Of a stretch of DNA of 64,000 nt, positions 51,480 through 62,141 are shown in pieces. The notes under the pieces were generated by a model. The model worked only from the letters and a program-made list of their open reading frames with translations, was not told the DNA's origin and searched no databases. The stretch is from an uncultured delta proteobacterium (lineage in GTDB: Bacteria > Myxococcota > Myxococcia > Myxococcales > Myxococcaceae): the NCBI GenBank assembly GCA_963771175.1, contig CAVYSY010000003.1, positions 64,001 to 128,000 on the forward strand. The letters run 5' to 3'. The position numbers and the translations under genes are program-made. Position 1 is the stretch's first letter. Every line of letters starts with the position of its first letter.

Positions 51480-52196
51480 CTACTTGACCGGCTGGGTGGT
51501 GCCGGCGTCGGGCGAGCCGGTCATGCCACCATCGGCGGGGGTGCCGGGCATGCCACCATCGGCCGGGGTGCCGCCGTCAGCGGTGGCGGCGGAGCGGGTC
51601 ATGATGGCGGGGGGCGGGTTGACCAGCTCGAGCGAGGTGAGGAACTGATCGGCCAGGGGAGCGCCGATGCTCGGGTTGTAGAGGACGAGCAGGGTGTAGA
51701 GGCGCGGCCCGACGAGGAAGTTACGGGCGCGGACCTCGCCGGCGTCAGAGGAGACGGTGAAGGCCTTGCCGGGGTAGCCCTGGAGGATGATGTCCTCCTC
51801 GGCCTTGATGGTGCCCTTGAGCTGATTGACGAGGCCGTTCTTGCCCTCGTTGAGGAAGGCGGCGGCGGGGTTGGCGGCGACGACCTTCTCCGGGTAGTCG
51901 GCGGTGCTGATGGAGTAGAGGACGCCGTTGGGGTCGTTGGTGGTCCAGGCGGCGGTCTGCACCTTGCCACCGGGGATGGCGACCTCGCCGCGCTGGGGCT
52001 GGGGCTCACCGGGGATGCTGACGTTGAAGCCCTCGGGAGCGGACAGCCGCTTGAGCTCGACCTGGGGCTTGGTCTCGCTCGGGAGCTCCTCGACGGTGGA
52101 GGTGCCCTCCTTGGTGGAGCCCTCCTTGGTGGCGCAGGCAGCGCCAATCAGCGCGATGGTCACGAAAGCGGCGAACAGTCGGGACAGCGATGACAT
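51480..52196 (-). CDS. Hypothetical lipoprotein with low-complexity ADGG-repeat tail
   Basis: IGAAC lipobox-like signal; GC3-rich codon usage; DGGTPADGGMPGTPADGGM tail. Confidence 0.72.
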   Translation of the reverse strand: MSSLSRLFAAFVTIALIGAACATKEGSTKEGTSTVEELPSETKPQVELKRLSAPEGFNVSIPGEPQPQRGEVAIPGGKVQTAAWTTNDPNGVLYSISTADYPEKVVAANPAAAFLNEGKNGLVNQLKGTIKAEEDIILQGYPGKAFTVSSDAGEVRARNFLVGPRLYTLLVLYNPSIGAPLADQFLTSLELVNPPPAIMTRSAATADGGTPADGGMPGTPADGGMTGSPDAGTTQPVK

Positions 52197-52318
52197 ATGT
52201 GCGAGTCCTGAAGGTTGAGGGTGAAAAAGGTAGCGGCGGACCCTAGACGAGTCCGCCGCCGGTCGCTACGTCCTAGTACCTGGAGTGACGGCTTTCGAGA
52301 GGAACCGTCCGCCACTCC

Positions 52319-54473
52319 TCACGGGCACGAGGAGACGGGTGTCGCCGGGTTGCCGGTGTTGCGGGCGTCGCGCTGGAACTTGGGCCACGGAGCCAGGGGG
52401 TCAAGACCACGGCTGTCGACGACGAAGGAGTACAGCTTGCCGTCCGGAGGGCACATACAGCACGCCGAGTGGGGGGCAGAAACCGCACTGCCCTCAGGAT
52501 CGCGAGAACAATCGAGCGCAGGCGATGCCTCTACGCGGCCCACGCTGTCATTGAGCCTCCAAAGCATGTTGAGGCCTTCCGTACTCCAAGCCGAAACCTC
52601 GCCGACACCAGGCGAAGGCCCACTCGCAGCAGCCGTGTAGACGAGGTTCGAAGCACCCAGGATCGGCGCCCCTACGAAGCTCCCTGCATTCTGTACGCTG
52701 GCACGAGGCTGCGTGGCGAGCAGGTCAATTGCAGTCAGCTCACCACCAACTGCCTCGCGCCCGTAAAACAAGACATCGTTGGCACCAATGGATATGTTTC
52801 GGACAGGCGGCGCACCAACGAATGGGCTGGATTCTTCTGCAGACCAGAACCATCCGCCTCAAGGAAAGAGAAAACACCGCCCGCTCCCGTCACAGGCAAT
52901 CCAGCACCACCAACAATCCGGTCGACTGTCGAGAACCCCAGCCCCGTTGTCACAGTACCAATCACCGGAGCAGTGAAGCTCGGCTTGGCTACCCACCCCG
53001 TGCCAGCAAAGCGATAGCTTCGCACGCTCGCGTCCTGAGAGCCGAAATAAACATCCGCGCCCTTTGCGATCATGCCAGCTCCTTGTTGGCCGACCGCAGA
53101 CAAAGGGCGGTGCTGCACAGTCGAGATCCCGTCGCTCCAGGCCGAAGCGCGAGGAGAGCATCACCGCTCCCCAAGGTAACGGCCGTTTCGACGGAGTCTC
53201 TTCCACGTCGAACTTGGTACTCATGATTGCGACTGCTGTCGAAACCAAGCCCGATTCGATACCAACTCCCGGGCACCTTCACAACGGAGCCATTCGCCCC
53301 CAATGCGAACAGAACGCCAGTACCACTAGTAACATTGACGCCGACGTACACTCGCTCAACGCCAGCAGAGAATTCGCCTACAGCCGGGCTCCCTTGAATC
53401 GACCCCAGCTGACCCATCCCATTTCCTCGCTCCATCGGGAGTAAGGGCAAACACCCTACCGTTTGAGTCAGCTCGTCCCAAAATAGATGGTTCCCAATTG
53501 GACCAATGGCAGGGCTGGCTCTGATGGCTCCTGCACCTCCGCATTGAAGGACCCACTTCCAGCGCGTCACGTTCACGCTGGTAGCGGAGTCACTACCCGC
53601 ATTGCCAGCCTTATCTCGCCCTGCACTTCAATCGGCATCGAGCCACGGAAGGCATCGAAGGCGAGGCTCCCAAAGCTTCAACTGGGCTACGCCGCAGAAA
53701 CCTGCGTCACAGGCTCCGGTCAAGGACGCCACCCCAACTGCGGGCGCGACACCTCCATCCGTGCCCTTCAGCGCGACCGTCAGAGTGCTCGGGTCCAGAT
53801 TCGGCTCGTTCGTCCGGATCTCCACCGGCACGACCTGATCGCGCCGCCACGCGTTGGCGAGATCCGGGTCTCCGTACGTCGCGCCTCCATCAGTTGCCAT
53901 GCCGGCATCTGCGGGAGGCACCGCCACCGCGAAGGTGGGCGGCGTCGTGTCCACGGTCAGTTGCACGGTGGTGCTCGGTCCACCGGACTCCGGGTATGCC
54001 GCCGTCAGCAGGAACACGCCCTCCCCGGGCGGCGTCCACTGCGCGGTGTAGACTCCCTCGTTCCTCGAAAGCTGGGTCAGCGCCTCGACCGTCCCGCCAT
54101 CGCTCCGCACGACACTGAAGTTCAGGGACTCGGGGAAGCTCGGATTGAACTTCGCACCGAGGACCAACTCGGCCGTCACTGGCACCACGCCCCCGTCCAG
54201 CACACTGCCAGTCCCCGGCGTCACCGTCAGGGCCGTGTACCTCGGTACGCAGCTCAGCGACGCCGTACACGCCTCGTAAGGCGCGCAGCGCGGATCGCAC
54301 CGCTCTGGGTCAACCTCCGACTCGGCGGCGTAGCACAGCCCTCGCTCCTTGTCGCAAATGCCCGTGCCCTCACCACAATCCGCGTCCACCTTGCACGTGC
54401 TCGTGCTGGCCGGTCCGCTACATCCCACGAGCGCTCCCAGCAGCAGCACCGTTCCGAGGACATTGCGAAGCAT
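52319..54473 (-). pseudogene. Lipoprotein with PQQ/BamB-like beta-propeller, broken by many frameshifts (pseudogene or assembly error)
   Basis: LVGC lipobox and Cys-rich N-terminus. Fragments IRASPAIG, VFALTPDGARKW, IQGSPAVG, VEASPALDC, WPKFQRDARNTG are spread over several frames. Confidence 0.6.
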
Positions 54474-54615
54474 CACGGTCACCTCTCCAAACCCTTTGAC
54501 GGCCCTGTCCCGGTGGATAGCATGGTGCTCCTAGTCGCGGAAGGTTGCGTTCCCGCAGCCACTCCTACACCGAGCATGCATCCGCGATCGCCCCGCCCCT
54601 TCACGAGGGTCCACC

Positions 54616-55635
54616 GTGAAACTTCCTCCTTCCTCGCGGTCCACCCTCCTCGCCCTCGGCCTGCTGCTGGCCCCCTCCGCCTGGGCCCAGACGGACCTCG
54701 TCGCCCTGCACCCGTGCAGTATCGTCGGAGTGAAGGTCAAGCAACAGGTCGAGGACCTCCAGGCCACCTGCGCCACGGAGATGGCCCGTGGCGACGTGCA
54801 GCTCGTGCCCTCCGACCAGGTCCGCGCCTTCCTCGACAAGGAGGCCAGGAGCCCCAAGGAGCCCCAGGGCTCGTGCGCTCGCGCCAAGAAGCCCTCCGAG
54901 TGCCTCGGCAAGCTCGCCACCGCCACCCAGGCCAGCCGCGCCGTCCTCATCACCGTCGACCCCGGACAGCTCACGCGCGTCTCCGGCCTCGTGGTCAATT
55001 CCAAGGGTGACGTGGTCGATCAGAAGAGCATCCAGCTCCGCACCCGGTCCGGTCAGTCGCAGGGAGAGCTCATCCGCACCGCCATCACCCGGCTCCGCGA
55101 GCAGCTCAACCTCGTCCCCTTGAAGATCGCGCCCCTCGTCGAGCAGCCGCCTGCCCCTCCGCCGCTCGTGACGACCCCCGCCCCCACCCCCGAGCCCTCC
55201 ACGGGCACGGCTCAGGTCACTCCGCCTCCCCCCACCCCGGCTCCGCCGGAGGCCATCAGCGTGCGTGAGTCGGGCCCACGCACCAAGCGCACCTGGAAGA
55301 CCCCCGCAGCCTACGCCGGGGCGGGCGTGGGCGTCGTGGGGCTCGGGCTCGGGGTCGTCTTCGCCATCACCGGCAACAACGCGATGGTCGACTCCAACAA
55401 GTTCTACGAGGGCAACAACCTCCCGACCTTCAACCAGTTGGATGAAGTCGTGAGGCTCCGTGAGAAGGCCAGCCGGGATCGCACCATCGCGGGCGTGAGC
55501 GCCGGTGTCGGTGCCGCGCTCGTCGGCGCGGGCGTCTACCTGTGGCTCAACGACCGTCCGGAATCCCCCGCTCCGGGCACCGCTGCCCTCTCCGCGGGCC
55601 CCGGTGGCGTGAGCGTCCACGTCCTCCTTCCCTGA
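54616..55635 (+). CDS. Hypothetical secreted/membrane protein with Pro-rich linker
   Basis: Signal peptide (..SAWA), Cys-containing domain, Pro-rich linker, two Gly-rich hydrophobic segments. Confidence 0.7.
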   Translation: MKLPPSSRSTLLALGLLLAPSAWAQTDLVALHPCSIVGVKVKQQVEDLQATCATEMARGDVQLVPSDQVRAFLDKEARSPKEPQGSCARAKKPSECLGKLATATQASRAVLITVDPGQLTRVSGLVVNSKGDVVDQKSIQLRTRSGQSQGELIRTAITRLREQLNLVPLKIAPLVEQPPAPPPLVTTPAPTPEPSTGTAQVTPPPPTPAPPEAISVRESGPRTKRTWKTPAAYAGAGVGVVGLGLGVVFAITGNNAMVDSNKFYEGNNLPTFNQLDEVVRLREKASRDRTIAGVSAGVGAALVGAGVYLWLNDRPESPAPGTAALSAGPGGVSVHVLLP

Positions 55636-55804
55636 AACCCGGTGGCCTTCTTCCCCCAGGGGCGCGCGTCACCGTCCGCGAGCGCGTGGACCGGGCTGAG
55701 GAGGAACGCCGCCGGCCGTGTGGAGAGCGCGGAGCCACCTCAGTGCGCGAGCGAGGCGGTTCATCCCGTGGGCCCTGAGTCTCAGGGCCAGCGCCAGACG
55801 GGGC

Positions 55805-57598
55805 TCACTGGGGCTCGTATTTGTAGATCTCGGGCCAGCGCCAGACGGGGCTGATCGGCAGCTCTCGGGCCAGCAGTGCGGCCCCGGGCATGGAGCCCGC
55901 GGCCTTGGGCACAAGCCCGTAAGGCGCGTCGCCCAGTACGATGCACACGGGGTATTTCCGCCCATCCGGCAACACGGCCACGGTGTAGCGGCCCAGGGCG
56001 GAATCATCCTTGAAGCCGGTTGAGTCCACCTCGTAGATGCCGGGGCCCGTCCAGAGGCGGCCCTGTAGCAGCGTCCCCACGGGCAGCTCGCCCGCGCCCC
56101 TCGTGAGGCGCCCGATGACGGGGCCATCCTGGTAGACGCCCGCCTCGCTCTGATCGCCGGGTTGTTTGATGTCCACGACGGCCCGAAGATCGTTGCCCGG
56201 CCTGATCTTCAACTGCTTCATGGCCGCGATCGCGTCCTTGGGGCAGTCCTCGGCCTTCGGGGGCCTCACCTGAGCGGCGGGGCAGCCAAGGCCGGCAACG
56301 GAGCACAGCCAGGCCGCGAGGAAACGCGACGGGGAGGAGGGAGAAGTGGTGGACACGGGCGTGCTTCCTTTCTCGGAATGGCCAGACCCAGGCAGCAGCG
56401 CCTCGGGTGGGCCCGCGAGTGTGGACCGCGCCAGCCACAAGGCAAGGCCGAGCACCGTCAGGCACGCCAGCAGGACGAGGAGCCATCTCGCGTGTAGCGG
56501 GCGGCTCGCGGGAATGGCGGGAGCCTCCCGCTGCCCCTCCGGCTGGGGCTCCTCCTCCTCGGGAGGCGGTGCCTCTTCCGAGGCCTCGTCCGTCATTTCC
56601 GACAACCGGGCCGGCTGTGCCACTTCCTCGGACGAGGGCTCCGCCGGAACTCCCTCCGCCGCGAAGAGCGGCACCGTCCAGGAACTGGAGGTGCGCTCCT
56701 TGCCCGCGTCCTCCAGGGCCCGCAGCAGCGCCTCGGCGTCGGGGTAGCGATCCTCGGGCCGTTTCTCCAACAGCTTCAGGGCGATGTCACCGAGAGACCT
56801 CGGTGCCCTCGGATTGAGGAGGTGCGGCGCCTTGGGGGGCACGGTGGCGATGATCGCCAACAACAACGTGTCCGGCAGCTCGGGGTTGAAGGGATGAAGG
56901 TCGGTGAGACCCTGGTAGAGCAGCACGCCCAGTGCGTACAGGTCCGCGGCCACTCCTCCTCGGAAGGGCACGCCCTCCTTCCACGCCTCACTGCGCGTAT
57001 AGGCGAGGACTTCTGGAGGCAGCAGGTGGATGACGCCCGGCGGCAGGTCCCGCGTCCGGGTGAAGGCCCCCGGCAGGCGCACGTTGCCGAAGTCGATGAG
57101 GACGGGCCTGCCGTCCTCCCGGCGGATGAGGACGTTCTCCGCCTTCAAGTCCCGGTGGTACACGCCGCGCGAGTGCAGCACTCCCACCGTGCGCACCACC
57201 TCGGAGAAGGCGTCCAGCAGCTCGCCAGCATGGGGGGGAGTCCTCCAACGCCATCCGTGCCAGGTGTCCGCTTCCACGAAGTCCGTCACGAAGAAGAGGT
57301 AGCCCTTCCGAGGGTGGGGCCAGCAGTCCACCGCGTGCACGCGCAGCAGGTTGGGCAGGGGCGAGTACGTCAGCAGCGCCGCCACCTCGCGCCTCATCCG
57401 CCAGGAGGTCTCCTCCTCCTCTTCGTCCTTGTCGGTGGAGCTGGGCCGCAGCGCCATCTTCATCGTGAAGAAGAGACCCTCGCGCTCCACCTTGAAGACG
57501 CGGCCGAAGCCGCCAACCCCCAGCCGATCCACGATGCGCCAGGGGCCCACCATGTGGCCGGGCTGGAGATGATCCGGGTGATGGACTTCCGTCGTCAT
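55805..57598 (-). CDS. Serine/threonine protein kinase with TM segment and C-terminal extracytoplasmic domain
   Basis: GVGGFG, HRDLKAEN, DFG, DLYALG; TM segment WLLVLLACLTVLGLALWL. Confidence 0.9.
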   Translation of the reverse strand: MTTEVHHPDHLQPGHMVGPWRIVDRLGVGGFGRVFKVEREGLFFTMKMALRPSSTDKDEEEEETSWRMRREVAALLTYSPLPNLLRVHAVDCWPHPRKGYLFFVTDFVEADTWHGWRWRTPPHAGELLDAFSEVVRTVGVLHSRGVYHRDLKAENVLIRREDGRPVLIDFGNVRLPGAFTRTRDLPPGVIHLLPPEVLAYTRSEAWKEGVPFRGGVAADLYALGVLLYQGLTDLHPFNPELPDTLLLAIIATVPPKAPHLLNPRAPRSLGDIALKLLEKRPEDRYPDAEALLRALEDAGKERTSSSWTVPLFAAEGVPAEPSSEEVAQPARLSEMTDEASEEAPPPEEEEPQPEGQREAPAIPASRPLHARWLLVLLACLTVLGLALWLARSTLAGPPEALLPGSGHSEKGSTPVSTTSPSSPSRFLAAWLCSVAGLGCPAAQVRPPKAEDCPKDAIAAMKQLKIRPGNDLRAVVDIKQPGDQSEAGVYQDGPVIGRLTRGAGELPVGTLLQGRLWTGPGIYEVDSTGFKDDSALGRYTVAVLPDGRKYPVCIVLGDAPYGLVPKAAGSMPGAALLARELPISPVWRWPEIYKYEPQ

Positions 57599-57610
57599 GG
57601 TCCGGCCCTC

Positions 57611-58489
57611 CTAAAACTTCACATTGGGAATGAGCAGGCGCCGGCCGCCGGTCTTGTCCACCAGCTCCAACTGAAGGGCAGCATCTGCCATCCAGTCGAG
57701 CGCCTCCGTCTCCACCGCCACGAGCCCCTCCTCCCCGGGCCCGAGCCGCGCCTTGTTCATGCGCACGGAGAGCACCTTCACGGAGGTGCCGTCCGCCCAA
57801 GTGAGTCGCGCGCCTCCTGGCTCCCAGGGCTGCTGCCCCGGAAGGTTGTGCAGGCGGACGACGGCGAGCGCCCAGGAGCTGGCGCGATACGCCGTGCCAT
57901 CCTCCGCCTTCAGCCCACTCCGAGGGTCGAGGACTCCTGCGATGCGCCGGGCCTGAACCCCATCCAGGTCGAGTCGCCCCGAGAACGCGAGCCCGACGGG
58001 CCCGCTCACGGCCTGGAGCGCCGCGAGCTCCGCCTCCTTCTCCTTCAGCGCCGCCTCCAGCGCCCCCACCGTGCGGGGACGGCGCACCACCTCCACCTCC
58101 TTGTCCACCAGCGTGGGGTGGGAGACGAGGGAGAAGGTGGCGTACGCCGGACTGGCGCCGTCCTTGTAGCGCACCCGGACGCTCAGCTTCTCCGCGGCGC
58201 CCAGTTCCACTGCGGGCTGAAGGCTGAGGGTGCTCTCCCCCGGGTCCACCAGCCGGAAGCGCGTCGTCCGACCCTCGACCTCCACCGAGCCCCTCTCAAT
58301 GGGCGCGTCGAAGACGAAGAGGGTGACGACATCGGCGGCGACCCGCACCTCCGGCACGGGCTCGTGGGGACTGCTGGGAACGAAGACCTGCCGCTGCCGC
58401 TGCTCTCGAGCCAGGGGTTGGGGCTGAGCCGCCGCCGTCACCCCCGTCAGGAAGAGGACGAGCGGTAACCACGGGAGAAGTCGTGCCAG
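57611..58489 (-). CDS. DUF2381-family protein (probable CTG start)
   Basis: TLFVFDAPI, VRYKDGASP, VEVVRRPR, YRASSWALAV, PWEP, VAVETE patterns; adjacent to the kinase as is typical; signal peptide starts at CTG 58489. Confidence 0.72.
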   Translation of the reverse strand: MARLLPWLPLVLFLTGVTAAAQPQPLAREQRQRQVFVPSSPHEPVPEVRVAADVVTLFVFDAPIERGSVEVEGRTTRFRLVDPGESTLSLQPAVELGAAEKLSVRVRYKDGASPAYATFSLVSHPTLVDKEVEVVRRPRTVGALEAALKEKEAELAALQAVSGPVGLAFSGRLDLDGVQARRIAGVLDPRSGLKAEDGTAYRASSWALAVVRLHNLPGQQPWEPGGARLTWADGTSVKVLSVRMNKARLGPGEEGLVAVETEALDWMADAALQLELVDKTGGRRLLIPNVKF

Positions 58490-58542
58490 GGTGGAATACC
58501 TCCAGAGTCCACCCTAGCAAATGTCCCACCCAGGCAAGCCCG

Positions 58543-59298
58543 CTACTCGCCGAGGTAGGCCTTGCGAATCTCCGGGCTCTCCAGCAGCGCCTTGCCCGGA
58601 CCCGCCATCACCACCTCGCCCGTCTCCAGCACGTAGCCGTAGTGGGCGAAGTTCAGCGCCAGGTGCGCGTTCTGCTCCACCAGCAGGATGCTCACGCCCG
58701 CGGCGTTCACGTCGCGCAGGTTGCGGAAGATGGTCTCCGTCACCTGCGGCGCCAGCCCCAGCGAGGGCTCGTCCAGCAGCAGCAGCTTGGGCCGGCTCAG
58801 CAGCGCGCGGGCAATGGCCAGCATCTGCTGCTCGCCGCCCGACAGCGTCCCCGCGAGCTGCTTGCGCCGCTCCTTCAGCTTCGGGAAGAGCACGTAGCTC
58901 TTCTCCATGTCCTCGTCGATGGCGTCCGTGTCCCGGCGCAGGTAGGCCCCCAGCTCCAGGTTCTCCAGCACCGTCAGGTTGGGGAAGATGCCTCGCCCCT
59001 CGGGCGCGTGCGCCATGCCCCTCGGCACCAGGGTGTGCGCCTTCGCCCCGGTGGTGTCCTCGCCCCCGAACGTGATGCGTCCGCCCACCGGCTTCAGCAT
59101 CCCGCTCACCGCGCGCAGCGTGCTCGTCTTCCCCGCCCCGTTGGCGCCGATGAGCGCCACCACCTCGCCCTTGCCCACCTTCAGCGTCACGCCCTTGAGC
59201 GCCTGGATGGCCCCGTAGGACACCTTCACGCCGTCCACCGCCAGCAGCGGCGGGAACTCCTGACGCTCGCCCAGCAACTTCAGCTGTGCCTCGCTCAC
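58543..59298 (-). CDS. livF: Branched-chain amino acid ABC transporter ATPase
   Basis: GANGAGKT, PEGRGIF, LSGGEQQML, LLDEPSLGLAP, VEQN. Confidence 0.93.
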   Translation of the reverse strand: MSEAQLKLLGERQEFPPLLAVDGVKVSYGAIQALKGVTLKVGKGEVVALIGANGAGKTSTLRAVSGMLKPVGGRITFGGEDTTGAKAHTLVPRGMAHAPEGRGIFPNLTVLENLELGAYLRRDTDAIDEDMEKSYVLFPKLKERRKQLAGTLSGGEQQMLAIARALLSRPKLLLLDEPSLGLAPQVTETIFRNLRDVNAAGVSILLVEQNAHLALNFAHYGYVLETGEVVMAGPGKALLESPEIRKAYLGE

Positions 59299-60147
59299 GC
59301 CGCCCCTCCGTGCGACTCCAGGTAGCTGTCTCCCAGGTACGCCTCGATGACCTTCCGGTCGTTGCGCACCTCGGCCGGCGCGCCCCGGGCGATCGTCTCA
59401 CCGTGGTCCAGCACGGTGATCTTCTCGCAGATGCCCATCACGAGCTTCATGTCGTGCTCGATGACCAGGATGCCCAGGTTGAACTCGTCCCGGAGCTTGC
59501 GGATGAGCACCATCAGGTCCGCCTTCTCGCGGGTGTTCATGCCCGCCGCCGGCTCGTCCAGCAGCAGCACCTTGGGCCCCGTGCCCAGCGCGCGGGCGAT
59601 CTCCAGCCGCCGCTGCTCGCCGTACGGCAGGTTGCGGGCCTCCTCGTCGCGCCGGTGCGCCAGCCCCATCACCTCGAGCAGGCGCTCGGCCTGCTGCGTG
59701 AGCTCGCGCTCCTCGGCCTGGAAGCCCGGCGTCAGCATCAGCGCCCGCCACCAGTCGCGGTAGTTGCTCACCGCCCCGCGCGAACTTCGCCCCCAGCCCG
59801 ACACCCCCGGGGTGGAGAGCCCCCTGCGCCCGGCAGGCCACCTTCACGTTGTCCAGCGCCGTCAGCGCCCTGAAGAGGCGGATGTTCTGGAAGGTGCGCG
59901 CCAGCCCCAGGTGGTTGATCTGATGCGGCAGCAGCCCGTTCACCCGCTGCCCGGCCACGCGCACCTCGCCCTGGGAGGGCTGGTACACGCCGGTCAGCAC
60001 GTTGAAGGCGGTCGTCTTGCCCGCGCCGTTGGGGCCGATGAGGCCCTGCAGGTCTCCCTTGTGGATGGCGAGGTTGAAGTCCGAGAGCGCCTTGAGGCCT
60101 CCGAACTGGATGCTCACCCCCACTGCCTCCAGCAGCGGCCCGCTCAT
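59295..60147 (-). CDS. livG: Branched-chain amino acid ABC transporter ATPase (frameshifts near 59770-59820)
   Basis: FGGLKAL, GPNGAGKTT, RTFQNIRLF, LPYGEQRRLEIARAL, IEHDM. Confidence 0.92.
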
Positions 60148-61203
60148 CACATCCCCTTCCGCCGGCGAGGTATCCACCGCGGCACGATCTCCCAGAGTTC
60201 CTTCGTGCCGAACAGCCCCTGCGGCCTCGAGAGCATCAGCACCACCAGCAGCAGGCCGTAGATCGGCATGCGGATCTGATCCACCTTCTGCGCCAGGCTC
60301 CCCTCCGTCCCGAAGGCAGGTGAAGGCCGAGCGCAGCCCCTCGGGCAGCAGCGTGAGGAACACCGCCGCCACGATGGCGCCCGTGGTGGAGCCCAGCCCG
60401 CCCAGCACCACCATCACCACGATCTCCATCGACTTCACGAAGGTGAAGGAGCCCGGGTTGATGATGGGGACGAAGTGCGCGAACAGCCCGCCCGCCACGC
60501 CCGCGAAGAAGGAGGAGATGACGAAGGCGCGCACCTTGTAGCCCGGTGGTGTTGACGCCCATGGCCTCGGCGGCCACCTCGTCCTCGCGGATGGCCCACA
60601 GGCTGCGGCCGTGGCTGGAGCCGGCGATGCGGCGCGCCACCAGCACCACCAGGAACACCCAGAAGCCCACCATGGCCACCGAGGACGTCTGCGGAATGCC
60701 CGACAGGCCCAGCGCCCGGCCGAAGGCCTCCGTGTTCTGCACCACCACGCGGATGATCTCCCCGAAGCCCAGCGTCACGATGGCCAGGTAGTCCCCGCGC
60801 AGGCGCAGGGAGGGCAGGCCCACCAGGAAGCCGCTGATGGCGGCGGCCGAGGCCCCCCATCAGCAGCGCCACCACCAGGAACACCTGGTCGCTCACCGCC
60901 ACCGGCAGGAAGGAGATGCGCCACGTCCTTGAGCGCCAGCGACGTCACGCCCGCGATGTAGGCCCCCACCGCCATGAAGCCCGCGTGGCCGATGGAGAAC
61001 TGGCCCGTCATCCCGTTCACGATGTTGAGGCTCACCGCGAGGATGACGTTCACCCCGATGATGGACAGCAGGTAGGTGGCGAACGGGGAGGCGCTCAGCA
61101 GCCACTCGAGGACGAGCAGCACTGGCAGCGCCAGCAGCACGGGGAGGATGCCCTTGAGGGAGGCGGGAACCCCCGAGGAAGAGGGAACGGCGGCGGTTCG
61201 CAT
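60147..61203 (-). CDS. livM: Branched-chain amino acid ABC transporter permease (several frameshifts)
   Basis: GQFSIGHAGF, LRLRGDYLAIVTLGFGEI, AIREDEVAAEAMGVN, MVVLGGLGS. Confidence 0.9.
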
Positions 61204-61211
61204 GCGCGGCG

Positions 61212-62141
61212 TCAGACCTTCTCCGCCGCGACCCGGCCGAACAGACCACCGGGCCGGACGAGCAGCACGAGGATGAGGAAGCCGAAGGCCACCGCGTCAC
61301 GCCAGGTGCTCGCGGCGTAGCCCACCACGAACTCCTCCACCAGGCCCAGCAGCAGCCCGCCCACCATGGCCCCCGGCACGTTGCCGATGCCGCCGATGAC
61401 GGCCGCCACGAAGGCCTTCAGGCCCACGTACATGCCCATCAGCGGGCTCACCGAGGTGTCCTTGATGGCGTACAGCAGGCCCGCGCCCGCGGCCAGCGCG
61501 CTGCCGAGCATGAAGGTCAGCGAGATGACCCGGTCCGTGGGGATGCCCATCAGCGCCGCCACTCGGTGGTCGAAGGAGACCGCCCGCATCGCCCGGCCAA
61601 AGCGCGTGCGGTACACGAGGTACTGCAGCACCACCATCATCGCCACCGCCACCAGCAGCGAGATGATCTGCCAGTTCCACAGCACCACGTCCGGGAACTC
61701 GGGGTCCCCCAGGGTGAACCACTGCGAGGGCTTGATGATTTGAGGGAAGGCCCTCGGCGCCGCGCCCGGCAGGAAGCCGATGTCGAGCTGGAAGCCGTAC
61801 GAGAGCGTGAACGAGATGCCGATGGCGGTGATGAGCGAGGTGAGCCGGGGCTTCTCGCGCAGGGGCCGGTAGGCGAAGCGCTCGATGAGGAAGCCCATGA
61901 GCGCGCAGCCCCCCATGGCCACCAGGAAGATGAGCAGCACGCCCCACATGGAGCTCTGCGCCTGACGGCCGAGCGCGAAGGCCGTCGCGTAGCCCATGTA
62001 CACGCCCACCATCATCACGTCGCCGTGGGCGAAGTTGATGAGCTTGAGCACGCCGTACACCATCGTGTAGCCGAGCGCGACGAGCGCGTAGATGGTGCCC
62101 GCGGCAATGCCGTTGATGAGATGCTGGAGGAGTTCGGCCAT
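61212..62141 (-). CDS. livH: Branched-chain amino acid ABC transporter permease
   Basis: YALVALGYTMVYGVLKLINFAHG, KAFVAAVIGGIG. Confidence 0.94.
   Translation of the reverse strand: MAELLQHLINGIAAGTIYALVALGYTMVYGVLKLINFAHGDVMMVGVYMGYATAFALGRQAQSSMWGVLLIFLVAMGGCALMGFLIERFAYRPLREKPRLTSLITAIGISFTLSYGFQLDIGFLPGAAPRAFPQIIKPSQWFTLGDPEFPDVVLWNWQIISLLVAVAMMVVLQYLVYRTRFGRAMRAVSFDHRVAALMGIPTDRVISLTFMLGSALAAGAGLLYAIKDTSVSPLMGMYVGLKAFVAAVIGGIGNVPGAMVGGLLLGLVEEFVVGYAASTWRDAVAFGFLILVLLVRPGGLFGRVAAEKV

Noticed and set aside
51520..51585. 27-bp repeat in the lipoprotein tail and short duplications at 41-70 and about 39978-40004
   Set aside because: In-frame low-complexity duplications with no sign of a separate function.
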